From: a bacterium
GTDB lineage: Bacteria; UBA8248; JACPRG01; G963555815
Assembly (NCBI GenBank): GCA_965261595.1
Contig: CBDHDG010000006.1
Location: forward strand, 1,056,001-1,120,000
Length of the DNA: 64,000 nt
Direction of reading: 5' to 3'
Positions within the stretch are counted from its first letter, which is position 1; each line of letters begins with the position of its first letter. The notes below the pieces were generated by a model that was not told where the DNA came from, searched no databases, and saw nothing but the letters and a program-made list of their open reading frames with translations. This document shows, in pieces, positions 18,966 through 28,585 of the stretch. The position numbers were made by a program, and so were the translations under genes.

Positions 18966-20360
18966 ATGGCCAAAATCCTGATCGGCAACGGCACAGTGAT
19001 CACGATGGACGCCAAGCGAAGGATCATCAAGAATGGCGCGGTCCTCATCGAAAACGACCGGATCGCCTGGGTGGGGAAGGCCGGCAGGTTGAACCCGAAG
19101 GCCGCCCGGGGGGCGAGAAAGATCGACGCCTCGGGCAAGATCATCATGCCCGGACTCATCGACTCCCACGTCCACCACGTCCAATCCCTCGCACGGGGAA
19201 TCGCCGACGAGATCGACCTCATCGGCTGGATGCATGAGCGGATCTTCCCGTATGAGACCGCCATGACGGAGGAAGACACCTACTGGAGCGCGATGATGAC
19301 CTGTGTGGAGATGGTCCGCACGGGGACGACCACGGTCGCGGACCCCGGCAGCTATTTGATGAACAGCGTGGGCCGCGCGTGGGAGACATTCGGCATGCGG
19401 GGCATCCTCTGCTGGGCCGGGGCCGACCAGTGGAGCGGGGACCGCGCGCTTCCAAAGGGATTTCGCGGCAGGTTGACGACGGACGAAACCATGCGGGCGG
19501 AAGAGGCCCTGGTCGAGCGCTGGCACGGGAAGGCCAAGGGAAGGATCCGCGTCTCCGCAGGGGTCCGCGTCGAGCCCAACTGCTCCCCCGAGCTCCTCCA
19601 GCGCTGCAACGCGCTGGCCGAGGAGAAAGACCTCATCGTCCAGTTCCACGCCTGTGTCAATCAGGAGCAGGTCAATTGGGTGAAGAAGAGATGGGGCAAG
19701 CCGACCATCGAGTGGATGGACTCCCTCGGGGTGCTCACCGACCGCTGGCTCCTGACGCACATGGCGGCCGTGACGAACCGAGACGTGGCGCTGATCAAAA
19801 AGCGCGGCACCAATGTTTGCCACAACCCCGGCGCGACGCTTCATGGGGCCTATGCGGCAATCTCCGGGGGAAAATTCCCGGAGATGCTCGACCGGGGTAT
19901 TACGGTGGTCATCGGATGCGACAGCACGGCGGCCAACAACAGCCTGGACATGTTCCGGACCTTGTACCAGGTGGCCACCTCCCACAAGGAAGCCCGGGTG
20001 ATCCCCGACCTCATCCCGCCGGAGAAAGCCCTGGAGATGGCGACGGTCGATGCGGCCAAGGCCCTTCACTGGGAGGAAATCGGGTCGCTGGAAAAGGGCA
20101 AGAAGGCGGACGTCATCGTCGTGGACTGCTCAAAGACGAACTGGACGCCCAATTATGAGTTTGCCCTGGTTCCGAACCTTGTCTACTCGGGGGACGGCCG
20201 CGATGTCGAGACGGTCCTCATCGACGGGAAGGTCGTCTACAAGGACCGCAAGTTCACGACGGTCGATGAGGCCGAGGTCAACCGGCAGGCCCAGCGCGCG
20301 GGCGATCGGATCATGAAGCGGCTCCCCTACAGGCTCAAGTCGCGCTGGCCTGTCGTGTAG
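18966..20360 (+). CDS. Metal-dependent amidohydrolase (MtaD/AtzA/guanine deaminase-like)
   Basis: PGLIDSHVH, QFH, LTHM, IGCDS..NN and GSLEKGKKAD motifs; GGAGG RBS. Confidence 0.88.
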   Translation: MAKILIGNGTVITMDAKRRIIKNGAVLIENDRIAWVGKAGRLNPKAARGARKIDASGKIIMPGLIDSHVHHVQSLARGIADEIDLIGWMHERIFPYETAMTEEDTYWSAMMTCVEMVRTGTTTVADPGSYLMNSVGRAWETFGMRGILCWAGADQWSGDRALPKGFRGRLTTDETMRAEEALVERWHGKAKGRIRVSAGVRVEPNCSPELLQRCNALAEEKDLIVQFHACVNQEQVNWVKKRWGKPTIEWMDSLGVLTDRWLLTHMAAVTNRDVALIKKRGTNVCHNPGATLHGAYAAISGGKFPEMLDRGITVVIGCDSTAANNSLDMFRTLYQVATSHKEARVIPDLIPPEKALEMATVDAAKALHWEEIGSLEKGKKADVIVVDCSKTNWTPNYEFALVPNLVYSGDGRDVETVLIDGKVVYKDRKFTTVDEAEVNRQAQRAGDRIMKRLPYRLKSRWPVV

Positions 20361-20412
20361 GCGGGTTCGAGACTACGCGCCCATTGGCGCAAAGCTTGGG
20401 CAATCCGGAAAG

Positions 20413-20446
20413 AAAAAAGCCCCGCACGGCGGATCGTGCGGGGCTT
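20413..20446 (-). terminator. Intrinsic terminator between convergent genes
   Basis: Stem AAGCCCCGCACG / CGTGCGGGGCTT with an A6 run, giving a U-tract on the minus strand. Confidence 0.75.
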
Positions 20447-20470
20447 CCTCATTCCGCTATCGCGCGGCCT

Positions 20471-21481
20471 CTACTGCGGCGCGAACAGGTCCATGAGCCG
20501 TTGGGCCTGATGAGGCTGGGCGGGCCGGACGACGGGAAGGTTGACGCCCGCTTCCCGGTACTTCTCGATCCGGGCCTGCACCTGCTCCGGCGTGCCGGAG
20601 GCCGTCAGGTTCTCGACGTAAGATTCGGGCAACGTCTTGGCGAGGAGCTCCTTGCCGCCCTTCTCTTCGGCTTCTATGAATTTCGGGAAGTCTTCCTTGT
20701 TGAGATGGGGGTCGCCCACGCGGATTCGCTGGCCGGCGTTGAATTTGATCTGGATCCGGTCGAACTTGCTGGCGACCTCCCAGCGGATCTGCTCGATGGC
20801 CTCCTCGTGGGTGTCTTCCACCGAGGAGACGACGATGCAGGCGATCTCGAACTTGCTCCAATCCCGGCCGGCCGCCTCGCAGGATTCCTTGCAGATCTGG
20901 ATGGCGTTCTTCAGGTACTCGGGCGAGGTCACGGCGTTGAGCATGACGCCGTCGCCGATCTCGCCGGCGATCTTCAGACCGGTCTTGCTCGTGGCCGCGA
21001 TCCACATCGGGATCTCTTTTCGGTAAGGCTCCCAGGCCAGCTCCACCCGGTCCAGTTTGATGGTCTCGCCCTGCCAGACAATCTGTTTTTCGCCCGAAAC
21101 CATCCTTCGAATGGCGGTGATGTATTCCTTCAGGGAGACCACCGGGTCGTCCGGCTCGAGAGAGTTCCAGGCGGCGTGGGTCTTCGTGCAGGCGCCCGGG
21201 GCGAGGATGAGCCTGCCCTCGGAGAGCTCGTCAATCGTCGCGACGGTCTGGCCGTGGATGACCGGCGACCGCAGCCGGACAATCTGCGTGCATCCGATGT
21301 TGATCTTCTTCGTGGCCAGGGCGAAGGCCGTCATCGCGGACACGGAATCCCGCATGATCTCGATGGTTTCCGAGAAAAAGCCGAGCTCGTAGCCGCGCTC
21401 GTCCGCCTGCTTCACCCATTCGGCCATCTCCCGGACGTTCAGCTTCGGGGAGTAGCCCTGTGCGAATCCGATTCGAGTCAT
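20471..21481 (-). CDS. LLM-class flavin/F420-dependent oxidoreductase (Mer-like)
   Basis: ADERGYELGFFSE, ATKKINIG, ATIDELSEGRLIL, AGEIGDGV and GTPEQV motifs. Confidence 0.85.
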   Translation of the reverse strand: MTRIGFAQGYSPKLNVREMAEWVKQADERGYELGFFSETIEIMRDSVSAMTAFALATKKINIGCTQIVRLRSPVIHGQTVATIDELSEGRLILAPGACTKTHAAWNSLEPDDPVVSLKEYITAIRRMVSGEKQIVWQGETIKLDRVELAWEPYRKEIPMWIAATSKTGLKIAGEIGDGVMLNAVTSPEYLKNAIQICKESCEAAGRDWSKFEIACIVVSSVEDTHEEAIEQIRWEVASKFDRIQIKFNAGQRIRVGDPHLNKEDFPKFIEAEEKGGKELLAKTLPESYVENLTASGTPEQVQARIEKYREAGVNLPVVRPAQPHQAQRLMDLFAPQ

Positions 21482-21813
21482 GGATCTGAATTCCCTTTTT
21501 TCAACCCCGGGGGCCGGGTTCCGGTGAGCGCGACAAAAGGTCCGACCCCGCAAACGCCGGGTGAGGACGCAACACTCCGCCCACCTTCGACCGGTTTGTC
21601 GGTATCGACGCAAGCTCCAGCAAGAAGACACTTTTTACCTTTCACGGGGTTGTTCTGTCAAGACGGCGGGTCGGGACGCGGATACGTCCGGATTCGGCCG
21701 GTCCCGCTTCAGCGGGCGCGTCCGCTCCCTGTTTCCGAACGCCTCGCAACCGGGTAAAATTACATCCTGCGCGAGATTGGAACCTCTCTTCCCCTTTTAC
21801 TTGAGGATGTGAC

Positions 21814-23403
21814 ATGGAGTCATACGACGGAATCATAATCGGCAGCGGGCATAACGGCCTCATCTGCGGAAGCTACCTGGCCCGCGCCGGCATGAAGGTC
21901 CTGGTCGTAGAGCGGAACAGCCGCGTCGGCGGCGGATTGCTGACCGAGGAGTCCACCGTCCCCGGTTTCAGACATAACCATCACGCGAATTTTTTCATGG
22001 GGGTCGAGCTGACACCCTACTACCGCGACCTGGACCTGACGCGCTACGGCTTCGAGATGATCTTCCCCGAAGTCCAACACGGCATCGCCTTCCCCGACGG
22101 GACCGGCATCTGCATCCACCAGGACCCCGAGAAGACAGCCGCCTCCATCGCCCGGTTTTCGAACAAGGACGCCGACAGCTATCGGGAGATCCACGCCAAA
22201 TTCACGCTGGGGATGCGGGAGTTCATCACGGAGACGATGTTCAACCGGCCTCTGCCCCCGGAGGAGATGGCGGCGCGCCTGAACGGCGACCTGGGGGAGG
22301 AGGTGAAGGCGTACAACGCGATGACCATGTACGAGGCCGTCGAGCGGAACTTCGAGGAGGCGCACGTCCGGACGCTCTTCAAGCTTTGGTTCCACATCCT
22401 TGCCCTCGAGGACGACCCCGGGACGGGTGCGTTCTTTCCCCGCGTCTTCAGCCGGATGGACCGGTTCTCCATCGTCAAAGGGGGCAGCATCCGCTTCGCT
22501 GAGGCCCTCGAGGAGTGCTTCCGGTCTTACGGGGGGGAGATTCTCCAGGACGCGCACGTCTCGGAGGTCACCCACAAAAACGGAAAAGCCACGGGCGTCC
22601 GCCTCGAGGACGGCCGGACGCTGAAGGTGAAACAGGTGGTCATCAGCACGGTGGACCCGCCCCAGACGCTGCGCATGGTGGGCGAAGACGCGTTCGGCCC
22701 GGAAATTTCCGAAAAGGTCCGCAACTTCAAGCCTTCCCCGCACGCCATCTGCACGATTCACCTGGCGCTCAACGAGGCCCCGCGCTACACCGCCGCCGAA
22801 TTCGATCCCGACCTGAACCGGGCCTTCAACATGTTCATCGGCGTGGCCGACGAAGCCCAGCTGGAAGAGAATTTCAACGCGACGATCCATGGGTCGTTCC
22901 CGCCTTTCCCGATGGGCAACGGGGCGTGCAACTCGCTCCACGAGCCTTCCTACGCGCCGCCCGGAAAGCACGCGGCGTTCTGGTGGCCGTTCGTCCCCTA
23001 TGACCTCACCGACGGCGGACCGGACGCCTGGGACGCGAGACGCGAGGAGTACACGAACCGCCTCCTGGAGGTCTGGCGGACCTATGCCCCCAACCTGGAC
23101 GAGAAGAACGTCCTGGGAACTTACCTCTTCACCCCGCGCGACACCGAACGGAGCTGCATCAACATGATCCACGGCAGCCACCACGTCGGCGCGTATACGC
23201 TGGACCAGGTTGGCTATAACCGCCCCACGCCGGAGCTCTCCCACTACCGGACCCCGGTCGAGGGTTTCTATATGGCGGGGTCGGGCAACCACGTGGGAGG
23301 CTCGATCAACGGCGCCGCCGGATACAACGCGGCGAACACGATCGCCGAAGACCTGGGGATCAAGAAGTGGTGGACGCCGGTGCCCGAACCGGTGTTGGGA
23401 TGA
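21814..23403 (+). CDS. Phytoene desaturase-like FAD/NAD(P)-dependent oxidoreductase
   Basis: IIGSGHNGL..YLARAG..VLVVE...VGGG and YRTPVEGFYMAGSGNH.GG.I.GAAGYNAA motifs. Confidence 0.85.
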   Translation: MESYDGIIIGSGHNGLICGSYLARAGMKVLVVERNSRVGGGLLTEESTVPGFRHNHHANFFMGVELTPYYRDLDLTRYGFEMIFPEVQHGIAFPDGTGICIHQDPEKTAASIARFSNKDADSYREIHAKFTLGMREFITETMFNRPLPPEEMAARLNGDLGEEVKAYNAMTMYEAVERNFEEAHVRTLFKLWFHILALEDDPGTGAFFPRVFSRMDRFSIVKGGSIRFAEALEECFRSYGGEILQDAHVSEVTHKNGKATGVRLEDGRTLKVKQVVISTVDPPQTLRMVGEDAFGPEISEKVRNFKPSPHAICTIHLALNEAPRYTAAEFDPDLNRAFNMFIGVADEAQLEENFNATIHGSFPPFPMGNGACNSLHEPSYAPPGKHAAFWWPFVPYDLTDGGPDAWDARREEYTNRLLEVWRTYAPNLDEKNVLGTYLFTPRDTERSCINMIHGSHHVGAYTLDQVGYNRPTPELSHYRTPVEGFYMAGSGNHVGGSINGAAGYNAANTIAEDLGIKKWWTPVPEPVLG

Positions 23404-23409
23404 AACCTT

Positions 23410-23458
23410 GGGGGGGACATTTTGAAAACGGTCCCCCCCCCCCCCTCGAAAAATTTTC
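23410..23458. repeat. Intergenic palindromic repeat family GGGGGGACATTTTGAAAAC(T/G)GTCCCCCC
   Basis: Related copies at 34901-34926, 62041-62111 and (inverted) 62361-62412, each just after a stop codon. Confidence 0.7.
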
Positions 23459-23617
23459 ACGAGGCCCAATAGGACTTCTCAAAGGGGGGTCCTATTGCGC
23501 CTCTGCCTGAAAGGTCTTGAGGACTTTTCGGAAGTCGCCATGAGCAATTCCATCGATCTCTGACGTCCGGGGGACCTCTTTCCCCTTTTCAGGGCATCAG
23601 ATTGTGTGGGAAGATCC

Positions 23618-23887
23618 CTAGCAGGTTGCGGAAAAACCCCCAAGATGGGCATCCCCGCAACGGAATTCCAAAACGTTCCGCTGTCGGGTTGTAGGGGAGC
23701 CCCTTGCGGGCTCCCATGCAGGATCGACACACCATCGATGGAGGGATCAATGAATCAATGGGTTATCTTCCTCTCGTGAGAGGCGGGAGGGCGCAAGGCC
23801 CTCCCCTACAACAATCGCTACGGGAGGAACGGGTCTCAGAAAAGGTTCAATGACCCAGGCCGAAATCGTTTTTCCGCAACCTGCTAG
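23618..23887. mobile_element. MITE-like element containing a GTAG REP pair
   Basis: Perfect 20-bp IR CTAGCAGGTTGCGGAAAAAC (23618-23637 / 23868-23887). Internal REP pair GTAGGGGAGCCCCTTGCGGGCTCCC...GGGAGGGCGCAAGGCCCTCCCCTAC (23691-23809). Confidence 0.7.
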
Positions 23888-23911
23888 TTGTACAGATAAA
23901 AGGAGAATTTC

Positions 23912-24316
23912 ATGACACGAACCGCGCTCAACCCCGCTTCCATCGGCGCGCCCGTCGCCCCTTACTCTCACGCCATCAAGACCACCGGCAGCGAGATCCT
24001 CTTCCTGGCGGGGCAGGTGCCCATCGACAAGGAGGGAGGCACGGTCGGCGTGGGCGACTTCGAGGCCCAGGCGCGCTGCGTTTTCGACTTGTTGGGCGAG
24101 GTGTTGAAAGACGCGGGGATGGGCTGGGACAACGTCGCGAAGCTCAACGTCTTCATGACCCGGCGCGAGGACCGCGGGAAGATCACCGCCCTGCGGGAGG
24201 AGCTGTTCTCCCAGTGGTTCCCGGACGGCGACTATCCCATCAGCACGCTGCTCTTCATCTCCGGTCTTTACCGGGAGGAGTTCCTGATCGAGATCGAGGC
24301 CATCGCGGTTCGGTGA
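23912..24316 (+). CDS. RidA/YjgF family protein
   Basis: APYSHAI, LFLAGQVP, VAKLNVF and LIEIEAIA motifs; AAGGAG RBS. Confidence 0.88.
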   Translation: MTRTALNPASIGAPVAPYSHAIKTTGSEILFLAGQVPIDKEGGTVGVGDFEAQARCVFDLLGEVLKDAGMGWDNVAKLNVFMTRREDRGKITALREELFSQWFPDGDYPISTLLFISGLYREEFLIEIEAIAVR

Positions 24317-24416
24317 GGTCGAGGGTGGATGTGTAGTCGGGATGAGTCAGAGGCCACCGGTCGTCACCTGCACAACCGGCGGCCTCTCTCATCTTGGAGA
24401 CGCTCTTCTCAGGGCT

Positions 24417-25439
24417 TCAAGGAGCCTTCGGGAAGAGCTTGGGCAGGAACTCGTTCGTGTAGAGATCGGCCGCCTTGACGTTGATCGTCTCCTCGGACGT
24501 CTGCTTGACGACCGCCAGGGTCCGCTCCCACTTCTCAAGGGTCATGTGGCCGATGCCGAGCTTTTTCGACTCCGGCGTCAACAGGTGCTCCACGGTGAGC
24601 CGCCAGACGGCCTCGGCGACTTTCCTGTTCGTCGTCGGCGCGTTTTTCAGGAAGATGTCGAGGGCCCCCTTCGGGTTCTCGACCGACCAGGCCAGGCCCT
24701 TCATCGAGGTTTTCATGAAGCGGTCCACCAGTCTCCGCCTCTCGCGGATCGTCTTCTCCCGGGCCACGATCCCGATGGGATAAACGTCCACGCCGAAATC
24801 GGCGTACGGAATGACGACGGGTTCCTTTCCGTGCTTTCCGACGGCCCCCTCCACGATGGGGTAGGATATGGTGAAGAGCGTGATTGCGTCCACCTTTCCG
24901 GCGGCCAAGCTGGGCACCATCGCCTGGGGCGACATCGGGACATGCACGATTTTGGCCATGTCCACGTTGTTGGCGGCCGCCAGGGCGGGCAGGTTGACGA
25001 AGACGGTCTCCCCGACCGGCGCGCCCAATCTCCGCCCTTCCAGGTCTTTGGGCTTCGTGATCCCGTTCCCCTTCAGGGAGTAGATGGCGTAGACGTTTTT
25101 GGCGTGAATCACACCCAGGGCCTTGAGGTCGCCCCCCTGGTTTCGGATCTTGATGACCGAGCGCGGATCGGCGTGACCCAGCTCAATCGTCCCGGCGGCC
25201 ACGTCTTTCGCCACCGCCGAGCCTCCGAAGCCCCGGACGATCTTGATGTCGAGACCCGCGGCCTTGTACCAGCCCAAGTCCCTTGCGACGAAAAAGCCCG
25301 CGTCCCGGGGCAGGGGGATCCATCCGGTCGCGTAGGTCGCGGAGTCGAGGGCGACGGCCTTGCTCGGCGCCCCGGGGAGTAAGCTGAGAATGGCCAGTGC
25401 GGCCAGAACCATCCGAAAGACCAGTTTTGCGGACATCAT
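24417..25439 (-). CDS. ABC transporter substrate-binding protein, NMT1/THI5/SsuA-like
   Basis: Signal peptide, GWYKAAGLDI..VRGFG, I..PKDLEG and LYTNEFLP motifs; AAGGAG RBS. Confidence 0.85.
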   Translation of the reverse strand: MMSAKLVFRMVLAALAILSLLPGAPSKAVALDSATYATGWIPLPRDAGFFVARDLGWYKAAGLDIKIVRGFGGSAVAKDVAAGTIELGHADPRSVIKIRNQGGDLKALGVIHAKNVYAIYSLKGNGITKPKDLEGRRLGAPVGETVFVNLPALAAANNVDMAKIVHVPMSPQAMVPSLAAGKVDAITLFTISYPIVEGAVGKHGKEPVVIPYADFGVDVYPIGIVAREKTIRERRRLVDRFMKTSMKGLAWSVENPKGALDIFLKNAPTTNRKVAEAVWRLTVEHLLTPESKKLGIGHMTLEKWERTLAVVKQTSEETINVKAADLYTNEFLPKLFPKAP

Positions 25440-25498
25440 TGAATTCTCCTTTTCCGGGACAGCATCGAAACTTCATCCAGGAGCTGCGATGACCTCTT

Positions 25499-26160
25499 CT
25501 ACGGCGGGATTTCTTCCTCCTCCGGGGACCCTGTCCAAAGGCGCCACTTGGGCCGGAGCATCTCGAAGATGTCCCCGCACCGGGTGCAGTTGTTCTTCGA
25601 GAGGCGGGCGATGGGACGGAGCCGTTTGACATCGACCGTCCCGTCCAGAAAGAGGTCCTCCCGGAGGTGGAACATGACCACTTGTCCGATGACCAGATTA
25701 TGGCTGCCCAGCTCGACGAACCGTTGGAGTCGGCACTCCAAAGCGCCCGGGCTTTCGGCGACGCGGGGGGGCTTCACCACGCGGCTGGGGAGGGTCGTCA
25801 ACCCGGCCTCTTCCAGCTCGTTGATTTCGGGGCCATACGAGCCAGCGCAGATGTTGATCGCCTCGGCGATATCCTCGGTGGCGATGTTGACCACGAACTC
25901 GCCCGTTTCCTCGATGTTGCGCAGCGTGTCCTTCTTTATCTTCTCTCCGGAGTAGCCCGGCCTCTCCGCACCCTGATAGGTAGGAGAGAATACACCAGCG
26001 GCGGTTTGTTGGCAATGGCGTTGAAATAGGCGAAGGGGGCCGCGTTCAGCAGGCCGTCCGCGCTGAGGGAGGTTACGAAGGCGATGGGCCGAGGGACCAC
26101 CATTCCGCTCAAGAGCTGATAGTTTTGGCGGCCTGTATGATCGCTGGGGTCAATTTCCAT
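25499..26160 (-). pseudogene. Flavin reductase-like protein with a frameshift near 25992
   Basis: VVPRPIAFVTS...NAAPFAYFN in one frame, and KKDTLRNIEETGEFVVNI...PPRVAESP..LEC in another. Confidence 0.8.
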
Positions 26161-26520
26161 TTGAGGTCTCTGGTCCCTGAGAGCATCCGGGCGGCGCCCT
26201 TAGGGGCCGCTCAGTCCATCCCGCAAAGAGAACTTCCCCCCCTCCCCCCATCCACCGCCTTAGGGAAAGAAGCGGATTCACGGCGCGTCCTGTCTTCCGT
26301 GTCCATAAAGGATGGTCCCACTGTCATTGCTTGGGTCCGAGGCTAGCAAAGGGCCCATCGGCTGTCGACGAGAAGCCGCGTCTCGTTCTTTGTCGTTGGG
26401 TCAGTCATCCGTCGGTTGCGGCGCGAAGGGGCGAACGATGAACCGCCGGGCGGGGTGCGCTCATTGGCGCAATTCGGGGAAAATGGCTCCAGACATTGAA
26501 CCGCCCGCCTCCTCCTCCGG

Positions 26521-26549
26521 TTGACACCCTTCAAAGTGATCTCCACACT
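26521..26549 (+). promoter_or_regulatory. Putative sigma70 promoter
   Basis: TTGACA-17 nt-CACACT upstream of ORF 26594. Confidence 0.45.
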
Positions 26550-26593
26550 GAGGATGTCGGGAGGATTGATTCTTTTTGCTGGGGAGAGCGTCG

Positions 26594-26851
26594 ATGATGC
26601 TGGACCCTCGTGTTCCCGGACGCGAGAGCAAGGAGGCTGCGGAGCGTTTGAGCCGGATTTTCACCGATGACGCTTCCGGCATCGATGGGGACATCCGTTA
26701 CCACTTCGCGAAGACGGGATTCCACCTCACCCGCCGGTCGGCGGCGGACCCGGCGGATTCGCTCTTTTTGTCTTTCGTCCAACTCCGTGAATTGAACGAC
26801 GACGAGATCCGCACCATCATCCAATCGGGCTTCCAGGATGAACCGTCCTAA
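26594..26851 (+). CDS. Small hypothetical protein
   Basis: GGGGAG RBS, candidate promoter upstream, and globular composition. Confidence 0.55.
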   Translation: MMLDPRVPGRESKEAAERLSRIFTDDASGIDGDIRYHFAKTGFHLTRRSAADPADSLFLSFVQLRELNDDEIRTIIQSGFQDEPS

Positions 26852-26880
26852 AGGGAGTTGACCCCGCCGCCGGTTTGCGC

Positions 26881-27936
26881 TCAACGCGGTGTCCGCTGTT
26901 TCCCGCCTCCCGAATCTTTTTTTCGCCGATAGGGTCTTTTTTCCTCTGCGGCCAGCGAGGGCCGGTCCGGCGTCGCGTTGCTCTCCGCGTAACGGCGATG
27001 AAGGCGCGCGGCTTCCCGGGCGATTTCGCCGCGCAGGGCCCCGGGGGACAGGATTTCCGCGCCCGCGCCCCATTGGAAGACCCACCACCCCACCTCCCTC
27101 GGCTCGGCGACGTCCACCTCCAGGATCAATCCCCCGTCCGGCTGGTCGGTGAGCGATTGGGATGAATGCCACAGGGATTCGCGGATGAAAGGCGCGATGG
27201 AAGGGTCGAATTTCACGCGAACCCGCGACGATTTTTCGCCGGGGAAAACGCTGAAGGCGCCGCCGTGGCGGCCGGAGAGCGAGTAGTCTTCGCGGACGGG
27301 GACGTGAATCGGCAGGATCTTCACCTCTTCGATCCGCCCGGCGCGGAACATTCGGAATTCCCGCGCTTCCAGGGCGTATCCATCCAGGTAAAAGGCCCTG
27401 CGGCGGAACAGGAGGGCGCAAGGATCCACCGTACAGGTCTTGACGCGCCCCTCCCGGATCGAACGGTGTTTCAGGATGACGCGACGATGCTCGGCGGTCG
27501 CCGTTTGCAGGGCTTCGAGGACTTCGGGCTTGCATCCAAACCCCTGCCGGAGGACCGCGTCCTCCAGGGATTGCCTGAGAAAATCGCGCTCCACGTCCGG
27601 CGATTGGCCGATGAGTTTCCTCACGGCCGAGAGCGCGTCCACGCCCAGGGTGTAATCCCCAAAGGTCAAAAATTGCCGAACGGCGAGAACCAGCGCCATC
27701 CGTTCGGGAAACGTCAGGTCTTGGGTGGGGAGGAACGGGTCGGTTGTGATCCGGAAGCCATGGTCCGCGCGCGAGAAGCGAAAATCGAACCCGAGGCGTT
27801 TCAGCGCCTCTTTGTCCTTATAGAACTGAGAGCGGGAAATCCCCAAATTCCGGCTGAGCGCCTGGGGGGTCGTTTTTGGGTTGGTCTTGATCTCCGTGGC
27901 CAACCGGATGAGCCGAATGGGCCAGCCCAGGGGCAT
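26881..27936 (-). CDS. WYL-domain transcriptional regulator (HTH-WYL-WCX)
   Basis: N-terminal HTH (LGISRSQFYKDKEALKRLG), VDP..L......FYLDGY......FRMFRAGRI, and W..QWG.GAEILSP..LR; GAGGAGG RBS. Confidence 0.88.
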   Translation of the reverse strand: MPLGWPIRLIRLATEIKTNPKTTPQALSRNLGISRSQFYKDKEALKRLGFDFRFSRADHGFRITTDPFLPTQDLTFPERMALVLAVRQFLTFGDYTLGVDALSAVRKLIGQSPDVERDFLRQSLEDAVLRQGFGCKPEVLEALQTATAEHRRVILKHRSIREGRVKTCTVDPCALLFRRRAFYLDGYALEAREFRMFRAGRIEEVKILPIHVPVREDYSLSGRHGGAFSVFPGEKSSRVRVKFDPSIAPFIRESLWHSSQSLTDQPDGGLILEVDVAEPREVGWWVFQWGAGAEILSPGALRGEIAREAARLHRRYAESNATPDRPSLAAEEKRPYRRKKDSGGGKQRTPR

Positions 27937-28160
27937 GGAACCTCCTCCTCATTCGGGAGGTGGGCGTTAAAGGGTGGATGAAGACCGGTCGGGATCGCGA
28001 ACCGCCAAGCCGAACCTGAGACGCGATGAACCGTTTGATCAGCGGATTTCGCTGGATCCATTTCACCCTTGAGGATGGGATACTTATAGCACACGGAGAG
28101 GGGGGAAAGGCTGAACTCAATCCAGGCGTGGGTGGAGCCGGCTTCTATGAATGACGTCTC

Positions 28161-28277
28161 TTAATCCCGAGAATGGGAATTCCGCCCTTTCGTGGTGTTC
28201 GATTCCCGTATGTCCATACGGACCAGAAGCCAAACGGAAAGGAGAAGGGCGACGGCGACCGCGAGCAGGAAGAACAT
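28161..28277 (-). CDS. Putative 38-aa single-pass membrane peptide
   Basis: GGGGAG RBS before ATG 28277; MFFLLAVAVALLLSVWLLVRMD... Confidence 0.45.
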   Translation of the reverse strand: MFFLLAVAVALLLSVWLLVRMDIRESNTTKGRNSHSRD

Positions 28278-28381
28278 GAGAAATCTCCCCAGAGAGAACG
28301 GCGTATCCGGATTTGAAACCGGCCGGAGGCCTTCCGTGGCGAATCCGCCGGCCGATTTCTCCCGACTCGCACGAGCAAAAA

Positions 28382-28397
28382 TGCACAAACCGTGCCA
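28382..28397 (-). promoter_or_regulatory. Sigma54 (-24/-12) promoter
   Basis: TGGCACG-GTTT-GTGCA versus consensus TGGCACG-N4-TTGCA (one mismatch). Confidence 0.6.
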
Positions 28398-28585
28398 GTT
28401 CTCCGGCCGCCGGTTCTATCCATTTCATCGGCCATCGCCTTGGACGCATAAGAAAAAATGATGGGGGGCTGGGTAAATCCGGGAAAACGCGGCGTCCGCG
28501 GCGCCGCCTTCAGGTGCCGGTGATCCACCCGCGCGAATCAACGGACTGCCGGTCCCGCGCGAACCTCCGCCGGGGTTTCAGGGGT

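Noticed and set aside
21814..23403. Carotenoid biosynthesis gene crtI
   Set aside because: No crtB/crtE neighbours are present; only family-level similarity is supported.
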